Shown here: positions 11,785 through 21,565 of the stretch, piece by piece
Numbering within the stretch: the first letter of the stretch is position 1
Layout: the number at the start of each line of letters is the position of its first letter
DNA from: an uncultured Collinsella sp.
GTDB taxonomy: Bacteria; Actinomycetota; Coriobacteriia; Coriobacteriales; Coriobacteriaceae
DNA: 64,000 nucleotides
NCBI GenBank assembly: GCA_902479045.1
Contig: CABSNI010000004.1
Coordinates: 7,839 to 71,838 of the forward strand
Direction: 5' to 3'
Translations under genes and position numbers: made by a program
Notes under the pieces: generated by a model
Seen by the model: only the letters and a program-made list of their open reading frames with translations
Database searches by the model: none
What the model was told of the DNA's origin: nothing

Positions 11785-12651
11785 ATGGATTGCCCGGTCA
11801 CCGCTCGTCCCACCGTTATCGTTATCTCCGACTCGCTCGGCGATACCGCTTGTGAGGTGGTGCTTGCGGCGTCCGGGCAATTTGATGAAGGGGCTTTTCA
11901 TCTCTTGCGCCTGCCCAAGGTGAACTCTGTGGAGCAGGTTAAATCGTTTGTGGGCCCGCGTGTCGATGCAGACCATCGCGATATTGCCGTGTTCCATACC
12001 ATTGTCGATCCGGCGCTTCGCGCCCGCGTGCTCGATTACCTGGGTATGCTGCATATCCGCTCGGTCGACCTGATCGGCCCGACGCTCGCCGTGCTGTCGT
12101 CGCTCATTGGCGTGCCGCCCAAGGGCGTCGCGGGCGTGATTCACAAAACCGATGACCGCTATTTCCATCGTATCGAGGCCATGGAGTATTTCGTTGAGCA
12201 CGATGATGGGCGCGGCTGCGACGATCTGTCGGGTGCCGATATCGTGCTGCTGGGCGTATCCCGTACGTCCAAGACGCCGCTGTCGATGTATCTGGCCTAT
12301 CAAGGTTACAAGGTTGCCAATGTTCCTTTGGCCCATGGCATGGAGCCGCCGAAGTCAATTTACGAGGTCGACCCGATGCGCCTGTTCGGCCTGGTTTCAA
12401 CCGTCGACGTTATTTCTGAGATTCGCGATAGCCGCTTAGGCGATGATTACGCGCGCGCCGTCGCCGGCTCCTATGCCGAGCCTGAGAGTGTTCGCAGCGA
12501 GCTCGAGGAAGCCCGTGCCCTCATGAAGCGCCTGGGCTGCTTTGTGGTGCGTACCGACGGCAAGGCCATCGAGGAAAGCGCTGCCGAGATCATTAGCCAC
12601 TTGGAGGAAATCCAAGAAGCCCGTGCCCGCCGCGCCGCCCGTCGAGCCTAA
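11785..12651 (+). CDS. Pyruvate phosphate dikinase regulatory kinase/pyrophosphorylase (DUF299, YqfL/PpsR type)
   Basis: SDSLGDTA, HDDGRG, GVSRTSKTPLSMYLA; directly upstream of ppdK. Confidence 0.92.
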   Translation: MDCPVTARPTVIVISDSLGDTACEVVLAASGQFDEGAFHLLRLPKVNSVEQVKSFVGPRVDADHRDIAVFHTIVDPALRARVLDYLGMLHIRSVDLIGPTLAVLSSLIGVPPKGVAGVIHKTDDRYFHRIEAMEYFVEHDDGRGCDDLSGADIVLLGVSRTSKTPLSMYLAYQGYKVANVPLAHGMEPPKSIYEVDPMRLFGLVSTVDVISEIRDSRLGDDYARAVAGSYAEPESVRSELEEARALMKRLGCFVVRTDGKAIEESAAEIISHLEEIQEARARRAARRA

Positions 12652-12667
12652 TAGTAGCAGCATTTTG

Positions 12668-12681
12668 ATAAAGCGATTTAG
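12668..12681. promoter_or_regulatory. Putative LacI-family operator upstream of ppdK
   Basis: ATAAAGCGATTTAG, quasi-palindrome with central CG; resembles two sites upstream of adhE. Confidence 0.4.
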
Positions 12682-12900
12682 CAAAAATATCGCATCTGAC
12701 CTGCACTTTCTTACAGTGGTATCTTCATAAGGTAACCACCTTTACCTACCGTTTACCGCCGCATTTATCACGTTTACCAAACCCCTCGCCCTCTACGCAA
12801 GCCCGCTCAACGTCCGCCGTATAGTTCCCTCACGGCCCGCATCCGGCGGGTCGATTCGTCACCACGGTCGTGCGCGAGAGCGCATGAAAGGGGAAGTATC

Positions 12901-15649
12901 GTGAGCGATTGCAAGAGGGTTTACCGTTTTGGAACCGACGCCCAGGGCACCTGTGTCACTGAGGGCGACAAGTCCATGAACTTTGTGCTTGGCGGCAAGG
13001 GCGCAAACCTTGCCGAGATGAGCCGCATCGGCCTGCCGGTTCCCGGTGGTTTTACCATTACCTGCCAGACCTGTGTCGAGTACTCCGGCGCCGGCAACGT
13101 CTGGCCCGAAGGCGCACTCGATGAGATCGTTGCCGCCGAGGCCGACCTCGAGGCCCGCTGCGGCAAGAAGCTCGGCGACGCCTCCGACCCGCTGCTCGTG
13201 TCGGTTCGCTCGGGCGCTCCGTTCTCCATGCCCGGCATGATGGACACGGTCCTCAACTTGGGCCTCAACGACGACTCCGTTCAGGGTCTAATCGCCCAGA
13301 CGCAAAACCCGCGTTTTGCCTGGGATAGCTACCGCCGCTTTATCCAGATGTTCTCCAACGTCGTTATGGGTGTCGATGCCGACCTGTTCGAGAACGCGCT
13401 GACCCAGGCACGCCTGGTCGCAGGCGCTCGCGTCGATTCCGAGCTTTCGGCCGAGGACCTGCAGGAGCTCGTGGAGACCTTTAAGGGCATCTTCTCCGAG
13501 AACGTCGAGGCCGCCCTGTATCCCGAGCTCGAGGTCGCCGACGGCAAGCCCATCTTCCCGCACGATCCGGAGCTCCAGCTGCGCCTTGCCATCCAGGCCG
13601 TCTTTGGCAGCTGGATGAACGAGCGCGCCTGCATCTACCGCAAGCAGCATGGCATTTCTGACGAGCTCGGCACCGCCGTCAACGTGCAGGCTATGGCCTT
13701 TGGCAACAAGGGGGAGACCTCTGCGACCGGCGTCGCTTTTACGCGCAACCCGGCCGACGGCACCAAGGAGTTCTATGGTGACTTTTTGGTTAATGCCCAG
13801 GGCGAGGATGTCGTCGCCGGCATCCGCAACACCGAGCCCATCGCCGACCTCAAGAACACTCCGGGTCTCGAGTCTGCAGGTGAGGAACTCGAGCGCGTGT
13901 TCCTGACACTCGAGGATCATTACCGCGATATGTGCGATATCGAGTTCACCATCGAGCAGGGCAAGCTCTGGATGCTCCAGACCCGCGTGGGCAAGCGCAC
14001 TGCCACCGCTGCCCTGCGCATCGCCATCGAAATGGTCGAGGAGGGCCTGATCACCCGCGAGGAGGCCGTGAGCCGCATCGACCCCGCGCAGCTCGACCAG
14101 CTCCTGCATCCGCAGTTCGACGCCTCCAAGAAGTACGAGGTTCTAGCCAGCGGTCTTAACGCCAGCCCTGGGGCCGCCGTGGGCGAGGTCGTGTTCTCGA
14201 GTGACGATGCCGTCGCGCGCCAACGAGGGTCATAAGGTCATTCTGGTTCGCTGGGAGACCAACCCCGATGACCTGAAGGGCATGGTCGCTGCCGAGGGTA
14301 TCCTGACCAGCCACGGTGGCAAGACGAGCCATGCCGCCGTTATCGCTCGCGGTATGGGTACGCCCTGCGTCTGCGGCGTCGAGCGCTTCCATATCGACGC
14401 CGCCGAGAAGGTCGTGCGCATCGATGGCAGCGACCGCGTGCTGCATGGGGGCGATGTCATCTCCATCGACGGCACCCAGGGTATCGTCGTCGACGGCGCT
14501 GTCGATCTGGTTTCGGCCGAGCTCACCGGCGACCTGGACACCATCCTGTCCTGGGCCGACGAGATTCGCCTGGACGAGACCGTCGGCCACGCCAACCATG
14601 TGCGCGTCAACGCTGACAATCCCGAGGATGCCGAGCTCGCGCTCGAGTTTGGTGCCGAGGCTATTGGCCTGTGCCGCACCGAGCACATGTTCCTGGGCGA
14701 CCGCAAGAACATCATCCAGAGCTTTATCTTGTCCGATGATGAGGCCGTGAAGCAGCAGGCCCTCGCCGACCTGCTCAAGGTTCAGACCGAGGACTTCCTG
14801 GCGATGTTCAAGACCATGTCCGGTCGCGATGTGGTCGTTCGCCTGCTCGATCCGCCGCTGCACGAGTTCCTGGATAATCCGCGTGAGCTCGAGGTCGCCA
14901 TCACCAAGAAGGAAGCCGCTGACGCCAACGAGGAAGAGCTTGCCGCTCTGCGCACCCGTCTGCGTCGTATCGACGGCATGGTCGAGTCCAACCCGATGCT
15001 CGGCCTGCGCGGTGTGCGCCTGTCCGTCGTCTTTAGCGATCTGCCGCTCATGCAGGTTCGCGCAGTGGCCACGGCTGCTGCCCGCCTTATCAAGGAGGGC
15101 GTCGACCCGCGCCCCGAGATCATGGTTCCGCTCGTTTCCATTACGGCCGAGCACGTTCAGACTCGCGAGGTCATCGAGCGCGTGATCGCCGAGGTTTCCG
15201 CCGAGGAGGGCGTCGAGCTCAATATTCCCGTGGGCACGATGCTCGAGCTGCCGCGTGCCTGCATGGTTGCCGACGAGATCGCGCAGCACGCCGACTTCTT
15301 CTGCTTTGGCACCAACGACCTCACGCAGACGACCTTCGGCTTCTCTCGAGACGATGCCGAGGCCAAGTTCATCCCGCTGTACATGCACAAGAAGATTCTG
15401 AAGGACAACCCCTTCGAGACCATCGACTCGGCGGTACTGGAGCTGGTGCGCATGGCCGTCGAGAAGGGTCGGGCCACCAACCCCGACATGCACTTTGGCG
15501 TGTGCGGCGAGCACGGCGGCGACCCCAAGTCCATCAAGGGCCTGTTCAACGTGGCCGACGTTGACTACGTGTCCTGCTCGCCCTACCGCGTGCCCCTCGC
15601 ACGCCTGGCTGCCGCCCAGGCCAAGCTCGAGGCGAAGCGCTCCGCCTAA
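12901..15649 (+). pseudogene. ppdK: Pyruvate phosphate dikinase, frameshifted at about 14215-14221 (real lesion or assembly error)
   Basis: 5' ORF (12901-14235) has LGGKGANLAEM, LVSVRSGA, LQTR; 3' frame has GGKTSHAAV, GLCRTEHMF, GTNDLTQ, CGEHGGDP; joined by a 2-nt deficit in a GC run. Confidence 0.9.
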
Positions 15650-15687
15650 CGTTTTGGATTTAGACGCCTAGCGTAGCCCCCTTCATG

Positions 15688-15716
15688 CCGCCCGTCTCGT
15701 TCGCGAGGCGGGCGGT
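15688..15716 (+). terminator. GC-rich hairpin after ppdK, possible terminator
   Basis: CCGCCC-GTCTCG-TTCG-CGAGGC-GGGCGG; weak U tract. Confidence 0.45.
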
Positions 15717-15858
15717 TATCATGTGCGGGTTTTGTCTTTTTGTCTGCGTAAAAAATTGTTCTTGCAGCAGAAACCCGCGCGTGTATACTCGAATACGTTT
15801 GTTCAACTACGTGCCGGCCAAGGTGGTACGGCACCTCTAGAAGAGTAAGGAATTGCAC

Positions 15859-16200
15859 ATGGATTACATCCGCGCAATCGAGCGTCAGCAGATCCGCGAG
15901 GACATTCCTCAGGTTCGCGTCGCCGACAACGTCAAGGTTCACTACCGCATTAAGGAAGGCGACCGCGAGCGCATCCAGGTCTTCCAGGGCGACGTCATCC
16001 GCATGGCCGGCGCCGGTGCCCGCGAGACCTTCACCGTCCGCAAGATGTCCTTCGGTGTCGGTGTTGAGCGTACCTTCCCGCTTCACAGCCCCAAGATCGC
16101 CAAGCTCGAGGTCGTTCGTCATGGTCGCGTCCGTCGTGCCAAGCTGTACTACCTCCGCGACAAGGTGGGCAAGGCTGCTCGCATCCCCGAGAAGCGCTAA
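15859..16200 (+). CDS. rplS: 50S ribosomal protein L19
   Basis: [27 protein letters not shown]. Confidence 0.98.
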   Translation: MDYIRAIERQQIREDIPQVRVADNVKVHYRIKEGDRERIQVFQGDVIRMAGAGARETFTVRKMSFGVGVERTFPLHSPKIAKLEVVRHGRVRRAKLYYLRDKVGKAARIPEKR

Positions 16201-16235
16201 GAAGATCGCAGCGTCTGTCCACTCGTTTGGACGTA

Positions 16236-16264
16236 AGGGTCACCTTCGGGTGGCCCTTCTTTTT
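16236..16264 (+). terminator. Intrinsic terminator after rplS
   Basis: AAGGGTCACC-TTCG-GGTGGCCCTT followed by CTTTTT. Confidence 0.75.
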
Positions 16265-16293
16265 ATCTGATTTGCATGCAAGGAGGGCCTGGT

Positions 16294-17082
16294 ATGGCCA
16301 ATATGACGAGCTCGGTTTCGGCATCGCAGGTTGCCGGCGAGCTGGCGAGTGCCACGTTCGAGGAGATTCCCGCCCTCGTGGAGCATTATCGCGAGGATCC
16401 GCGCCAGCAGGTGATCAAGGCTTGTGAACGCGCCCTCAAACGCCATGCTAAGGAGCTTGCCGAGCGCGAGCGCGTCAACGGCATGTACGAGCTTATGCAT
16501 GAGCTCGGCGGTGATGGCGTGGTCGTGGGCGTCGACGAGGTGGGCCGTGGCTCGGTAGCGGGGCCCTTGACCGTGTGTGCCGTGTGCCTTCCGATGGAGC
16601 CGCGCATCTGGGGCATCAACGATTCCAAAAAGCTCACGCCGGCGCGCCGCGAGCTGCTCTCGGTGAAGATTGCCGAGGTGGCGACCGCCATTGGCTTTTG
16701 CCATATCGCTCCTGCGGATATTGATGAGATGGGCATGGCCCGCGCCATTCGGGCCGCTGTCGTGGGCGCGGTTGCTGATACTGGGCTTGAGCCCGATTGC
16801 GTGCTTATGGACGGCAACCCTCTGGGTGCCGTGCCCCATGAGCGCGACGTGGTCAAGGGCGACGCCAAGATCGCCTGCATCGCCGCGGCGTCCATCATGG
16901 CCAAGGTCACGCGTGACGAGATGATGGTCGAGTACGACGCCGAGTACCCCGAGTACCATCTGGCCGAGTCGAAGGGCTATGCGAGCCCCGAGCACATCGA
17001 GGCCATTCGCAAACATGGACTTTGTCCGCTGCACCGCGTGAGCTTTTGCGGAAACTTTTTGCAGACTGAGCGCCTTTTCTAG
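16294..17082 (+). CDS. rnhB: Ribonuclease HII
   Basis: GVDEVGRG, DSKKL, DG, IAAASIMAKVTRD, KGY. Confidence 0.96.
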   Translation: MANMTSSVSASQVAGELASATFEEIPALVEHYREDPRQQVIKACERALKRHAKELAERERVNGMYELMHELGGDGVVVGVDEVGRGSVAGPLTVCAVCLPMEPRIWGINDSKKLTPARRELLSVKIAEVATAIGFCHIAPADIDEMGMARAIRAAVVGAVADTGLEPDCVLMDGNPLGAVPHERDVVKGDAKIACIAAASIMAKVTRDEMMVEYDAEYPEYHLAESKGYASPEHIEAIRKHGLCPLHRVSFCGNFLQTERLF

Positions 17083-17131
17083 GTCAATTGTGGAGACAGG
17101 GACCTCTGGGGGTTTTATAAACCTGCTGGTA

Positions 17132-17174
17132 GCGGGCCGTATGCAACACCATTGTTGCGTACGGCCCGTTTTTT
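17132..17174 (+). terminator. Intrinsic terminator after rnhB
   Basis: GCGGGCCGTATGCAAC-N6-GTTGCGTACGGCCCGT followed by T run. Confidence 0.8.
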
Positions 17175-17181
17175 GACGGCA

Positions 17182-17201
17182 TTTGGTCAGCTTTTGGTTT
17201 G
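17182..17201 (+). promoter_or_regulatory. Candidate competence-regulon motif, copy 1 (upstream of yraN-comM-dprA)
   Basis: TTTGGTCAGCTTTTGGTTTG; 18/20 identical to 46540-46559. Confidence 0.55.
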
Positions 17202-17272
17202 CTTCCGGTACTTACCCGCATGAAAGGTGCCCTCATCATCGGGGCAATGCAGTGTGCGGGAAAGGAGACCCC

Positions 17273-17758
17273 ATGAGTGCCGCAAGCAAAAAGAGCAAGA
17301 CGCAGCAGCTCAAGGAGCGTTGGGAAAACGGCGAGCTCGACTCCGGGGCGATGACGCCCGAGTTTATCAAGGGGCTCAGTCCCCGCGAGCTGGGCATGCT
17401 GGGCGAGCTGATCACCATCGACTACTTTAACGAGCGCGGCTACACCTTGATGGAGCAGGGCTATCGTTGCACCGAGGGCGAGGCCGATCTGGTGCTGCTC
17501 GATGAGCTCGACGATGTCGTGGTAATGGCCGAGGTCAAGACCAGACGCGTTGCACTGGATTGCAGCACGAGGGTCTTTCCGGAGGAGGCCGTGGACGCCC
17601 AAAAGCAACGCCGCTACCGCCGCATCGCAAGTTGTTATCTCATGGAGCACTATCCGCTCAAGGCAATCCGCTTCGATGCCGTGGGCGTCACCATTCGCGG
17701 CGGGCATATCGCCGAGATCGAGCACCAGTACAATGCGTTCGATTGGCAGGTGTCGTGA
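17273..17758 (+). CDS. YraN family (UPF0102) endonuclease-like protein
   Basis: GEADLV, AEVKTR, EAVDAQKQRRYRRIA, IRFDAV; SD AAGGAG. Confidence 0.88.
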   Translation: MSAASKKSKTQQLKERWENGELDSGAMTPEFIKGLSPRELGMLGELITIDYFNERGYTLMEQGYRCTEGEADLVLLDELDDVVVMAEVKTRRVALDCSTRVFPEEAVDAQKQRRYRRIASCYLMEHYPLKAIRFDAVGVTIRGGHIAEIEHQYNAFDWQVS

Positions 17759-19281
17759 TGGCGTTCGAAACTTTTGCCGTTCACGCAGCCTGTATCCGCG
17801 GCGTCGAGGCGATTCCCGTCACGGTCGAGGTTTCGCTTGCGGGCGGCATCCCGGGCATCCAGATGCTCGGCATCCCGAGTATGGAGGTCATGGAGTCGCG
17901 CGGGCGCATTCGCTGTGCGATGCGCTCTGCCGGATTCGAGATCCCGCGCTCGGGCATTACGGTCAATCTGGCACCGGGCGATATCCGAAAGACCGGTAGC
18001 GGTTTTGACCTGCCGATAGCCATTGCGGTGCTTGCGGCCGATGGGCAGATTCCACGCGACAATCTCGACCGCTGCCTCATTGCCGGCGAGCTCGGCTTGG
18101 ATGGCACGGTGCTTCCCGTCAAGGGCGAAGTGGCGTTTCAGCTGCTGGCTCGCGACATGGGGCTGTCTTTTATCGCCGGCAGGTCCGACCAGCATGTTCC
18201 GCTCGCGGGGGTCGATTGCGGTTTTATCGATCATCTGTCGCAGCTTGCCCGCGGTATGGGCGAGGCAGCTCGGCATTATTTGGATTCCGAGGGCGTCGAG
18301 GCCTCCTTTGAGCCCGAGCTCGATTATGCCGACGTGTTGGGGCAGGAGGTCGCCAAGCGCGGCATGGCGCTTGCGGCGGCAGGGGAGCTGGGCTTGCTTA
18401 TGATTGGGTCTCCGGGATCGGGCAAGACCATGCTTGCGCGCCGCATGACGGGTATCTTGCCTGAGCTTTCCGTCGAGGATCAGCAGGAGGCGCTTTGCAT
18501 TCATTCGGTCTTGGGTGAGAACATCGATGGCCTGCTTGCGGGGCATCGGCCGTTTCGTAGTCCCCATCACAGCATTTCGACTGCGAGCCTTATTGGCGGA
18601 GGGCGCCCGGTGCATCCGGGCGAGATCAGCCTTGCCCATGGCGGCGTGCTCTTTTTGGACGAGCTTGCCGAGTTTCCCACCGGTGTGCTGCAGACGCTTC
18701 GTCAGCCTATCGAGCGCGGCTATGTCAGGATCGTGCGCGTCGACGGCGCCTTTACGTTTCCCTCGCGCTTTCAGCTGCTTGCGGCGAGCAATCCCTGTCC
18801 CTGCGGCTTTTTGGGCGATCGCGAGGTCCCGTGTCGCTGCTCGGCATCGATGGTCGAGCGCTATCGGTCCAAGTTGCGCGGTCCCTTGGCCGACCGCATC
18901 GACCTGATGATCGACGTGACCCGCCCTGATCCACAGGTGATTATCGAGGGCGCCGAGGGCATGTCGTCGGCCGAGCTGCGCGACTATGTTGTCCGCGGTA
19001 GGGCTTTTCGTGCCTGGCGCGAGACCCATATGGACGATCCGGACGCCGAGGCCGAGGCTGCCGAGCCCCGCTCTATCGATGGTGTTGTATCGACCTTCGC
19101 GCTTGATCAGGCGGCGGAAACGTGCGTACTTGGCCTGTCGAAGCGCACACATCTCACGGGGCGCGGCATCGTGCGTCTGGTGCGCATCGCGCGCACGATT
19201 GCCGATGTCGCTGAAAGTGAGCGGGTGACGCAAGATCATGTGCTCGAGGCCGCGATGTATCAGGGAAGGAGGGATCAGTGA
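17758..19281 (+). CDS. comM: ComM/YifB Mg-chelatase-like AAA+ ATPase
   Basis: VNLAPGDIRKTGSGFDLPIA, GSPGSGKTMLA, GEISLAHGGVLFLDE, NPCPCG. Confidence 0.93.
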   Translation: MAFETFAVHAACIRGVEAIPVTVEVSLAGGIPGIQMLGIPSMEVMESRGRIRCAMRSAGFEIPRSGITVNLAPGDIRKTGSGFDLPIAIAVLAADGQIPRDNLDRCLIAGELGLDGTVLPVKGEVAFQLLARDMGLSFIAGRSDQHVPLAGVDCGFIDHLSQLARGMGEAARHYLDSEGVEASFEPELDYADVLGQEVAKRGMALAAAGELGLLMIGSPGSGKTMLARRMTGILPELSVEDQQEALCIHSVLGENIDGLLAGHRPFRSPHHSISTASLIGGGRPVHPGEISLAHGGVLFLDELAEFPTGVLQTLRQPIERGYVRIVRVDGAFTFPSRFQLLAASNPCPCGFLGDREVPCRCSASMVERYRSKLRGPLADRIDLMIDVTRPDPQVIIEGAEGMSSAELRDYVVRGRAFRAWRETHMDDPDAEAEAAEPRSIDGVVSTFALDQAAETCVLGLSKRTHLTGRGIVRLVRIARTIADVAESERVTQDHVLEAAMYQGRRDQ

Positions 19282-20213
19282 TGGGTGAGGTCCGCTACGA
19301 ACTGCATCCCGGTGATGGCCTGTTTCCCGCTACTGTTCTGGAGCTTTCCGATGTGCCGCAGACGTTGTTCGTCCGTGGCGACCCGGAGGTGCTCTCGACG
19401 CCGGCGCTCTCGATTATCGGTGCGCGCAAGGCCTCGCCGTACGGCCTTGCCGTGGCAGAGCTGGCCGCGAAAGTTGCGGTCGAGGCGGGGGTGACGGTGG
19501 TCTCGGGCGGCGCGGTCGGCTGCGACCAGGCCTCGGGTTGGGCCGCGGTCAACGCCGGTGGCAGGCACGTCGTGGTGTTGGGTACGGGCGCCGACGTGGT
19601 CTACCCGCGCTCGAGTGCGGGGCTCATCGCGCGCACGATCGATACGGGCGGCGCGGTCGTGTCCATCTCGCCTTGGGGTATGGGGCCACGTAAGTTTGCC
19701 TTCCCGCGGCGTAACCGGGTGATTGCCGCGCTTTCGCAGGCGCTCTTCGTGTCGGAGGCTGGCATGCCTTCGGGCACGTTCTCGACGGCGGAGGCCGCCA
19801 TGGACCTGGGGCGCGAGCTTCTTGCCGTGCCGGGTTCGATTTTGTCACCCGAGTCGCGCGGTACCAACTACCTCATTGCCAACGGGGCCTGCTGCATTAT
19901 TGACGAGGAGTCAATCGAGATGGCCATCTCGCGAATCTACGGCACCCTGCGCTATTCGCGTCCTGATGCACCCGGTATCGCAGATCTGGACCCCACGCAG
20001 CAGGCCGTGATGCATGCGCTCATCGCCTCGCCGCTCAAGGTCGACGACATCGCGGCACTCGTCTCGCTCGATGCCGTCGGCGTGCTCAAACTTCTGGGTT
20101 CGCTCGAACTCGAGGGCCTCATCGAGCGCATGATGGATGGAAGGTATGCGCCCTCCAAGTTTGCCCTTCACGCCCAGACGCCCTTCGGTCACAATGGAAA
20201 ACGTGTCAATTAG
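19281..20213 (+). CDS. dprA: DNA-processing protein DprA with C-terminal winged helix
   Basis: IIGARKASPYG, VSGGAVGCD, FPRRNRVIAALS, AVPGSI. Confidence 0.93.
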   Translation: MGEVRYELHPGDGLFPATVLELSDVPQTLFVRGDPEVLSTPALSIIGARKASPYGLAVAELAAKVAVEAGVTVVSGGAVGCDQASGWAAVNAGGRHVVVLGTGADVVYPRSSAGLIARTIDTGGAVVSISPWGMGPRKFAFPRRNRVIAALSQALFVSEAGMPSGTFSTAEAAMDLGRELLAVPGSILSPESRGTNYLIANGACCIIDEESIEMAISRIYGTLRYSRPDAPGIADLDPTQQAVMHALIASPLKVDDIAALVSLDAVGVLKLLGSLELEGLIERMMDGRYAPSKFALHAQTPFGHNGKRVN

Positions 20214-20227
20214 AAAGGTGTTTGCAG

Positions 20228-21565
20228 ATGCTGTTTGATCAGGTGACGGTTATCGGTGGCGGTCTGGCGGGATCGGAATGCGCGATTCAGCTGGCAGATC
20301 GCGGGTTCGCCGTAAAGCTGTGCGAGATGCGCCCGCAGGTGAGCTCTCCTGCCCACCATACCGATCACTTGGCGGAGCTCGTCTGCTCCAATTCGTTTAA
20401 GTCGACCCGTCCCGATTCTGCCGCCGGTCTGCTGAAGGCCGAGCTCGGGCGTATGGGCTCGGTGCTGCTCGACTGCGCTCATCGTGCCGCTGTTCCCGCC
20501 GGCGGCGCCCTGGCGGTCGACCGTGTCAAGTTTTCCGAGCTTGTCGAGGCCGAGGTTGCCGCCCGCCCCAATATCGAGGTCGTTCACGGCGAGGTCACCC
20601 AGATCCCCGAGGGCCATGTGGTTATCGCTGCGGGCCCCTTGTGCTCGCCGGCATTGAGCGAGGAAGTCATGAAGCTTGTTGGTGGTGACGCCCTGGCTTT
20701 CTTTGACGCGGCCGCTCCGATTGTCGATGCCTCGACGCTCGATATGGACGTGCTGTTCTCGCAGTCGCGCTATGAGGAGCAGGGGAGTGGCGACTATCTC
20801 AATGCCCCGCTCAACAAGGAAGAGTACGAGGCCTTTATCGAGGCGCTCACCACGGCCGATCGTGTGGTTCTCAAGGACTTTGAGGGCGGGGACCTGTTCC
20901 AGGCCTGCCAGCCTGCCGAGGAGGTTGCGCGCACGGGCAAGGATGCCATCCGTTTTGGTGCCATGAAGCCCGTTGGACTCACCGACCCGCGCACCGGTTG
21001 TCGTCCCTGGGCGGCGATTCAGCTGCGTGCTGAGAACAAGGAAAAGACGGCCTATAACCTGGTTGGCTTCCAGACCAACCTGACCTTCGGCGAACAGAAG
21101 CGCGTCTTCCATATGGTTCCCGGACTGGAGAACGCCGAGTTCTTCCGCTACGGCGTCATGCACCGCAACACCTTTGTCGATGCGCCGCACGTGCTAGATA
21201 GCACCTTTGCCGTTCCCGGCACGAGCGTGCGCCTTGCCGGTCAGATTACTGGTACCGAGGGGTACATGGAGGCTGTGGCGACGGGTCTGCTCGCCGCGCT
21301 CAACACCTATGCCGAGGTCGCCGAGGGCGCTCCCGTCGAGCTGCCGCGCGTGGGTGCCCTGGGCGCGCTCGTGGGGTATGCGACCGATCCGGCTACGGTG
21401 GGTTACCAGCCCATGCACGTCAACTTTGGCCTCGTGCCGCCGCTCGAGGACGGTAAGCGTCGCAGCAAGCGCGATCGTTACCAGGCCTATGCGGATCGCG
21501 CCCTCAAGGCCTTGGACGCCTATCTGGAAACGCGCTCCGATCTGTTTGGAGGCGAGAGATCATAG
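20228..21565 (+). CDS. trmFO: Folate/FAD-dependent tRNA (uracil-54) methyltransferase
   Basis: GGGLAGSE, AELVCSNS, NLVGFQTNL, YGVMHRNT, GQITGTEGY. Confidence 0.96.
   Translation: MLFDQVTVIGGGLAGSECAIQLADRGFAVKLCEMRPQVSSPAHHTDHLAELVCSNSFKSTRPDSAAGLLKAELGRMGSVLLDCAHRAAVPAGGALAVDRVKFSELVEAEVAARPNIEVVHGEVTQIPEGHVVIAAGPLCSPALSEEVMKLVGGDALAFFDAAAPIVDASTLDMDVLFSQSRYEEQGSGDYLNAPLNKEEYEAFIEALTTADRVVLKDFEGGDLFQACQPAEEVARTGKDAIRFGAMKPVGLTDPRTGCRPWAAIQLRAENKEKTAYNLVGFQTNLTFGEQKRVFHMVPGLENAEFFRYGVMHRNTFVDAPHVLDSTFAVPGTSVRLAGQITGTEGYMEAVATGLLAALNTYAEVAEGAPVELPRVGALGALVGYATDPATVGYQPMHVNFGLVPPLEDGKRRSKRDRYQAYADRALKALDAYLETRSDLFGGERS

Noticed and set aside
8748..11813. 1021-aa minus-strand ORF and similar long antisense ORFs (e.g. 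56602-58956, 22611-24113, 14156-15514, 33834-35213)
   Set aside because: They shadow well-identified genes on the opposite strand, have no recognisable motifs, and are expected from high-GC codon bias.
14201..15649. Independent second gene or programmed frameshift in ppdK
   Set aside because: No SD before 14201/14207, no slippery heptamer or stimulatory structure seen; a simple indel explains it.
17086..17104. ATTGTGGAGACAGGGAC as a dispersed copy of the RAYT repeat
   Set aside because: Partial match only and lacks the CACTCAT hairpin arms.
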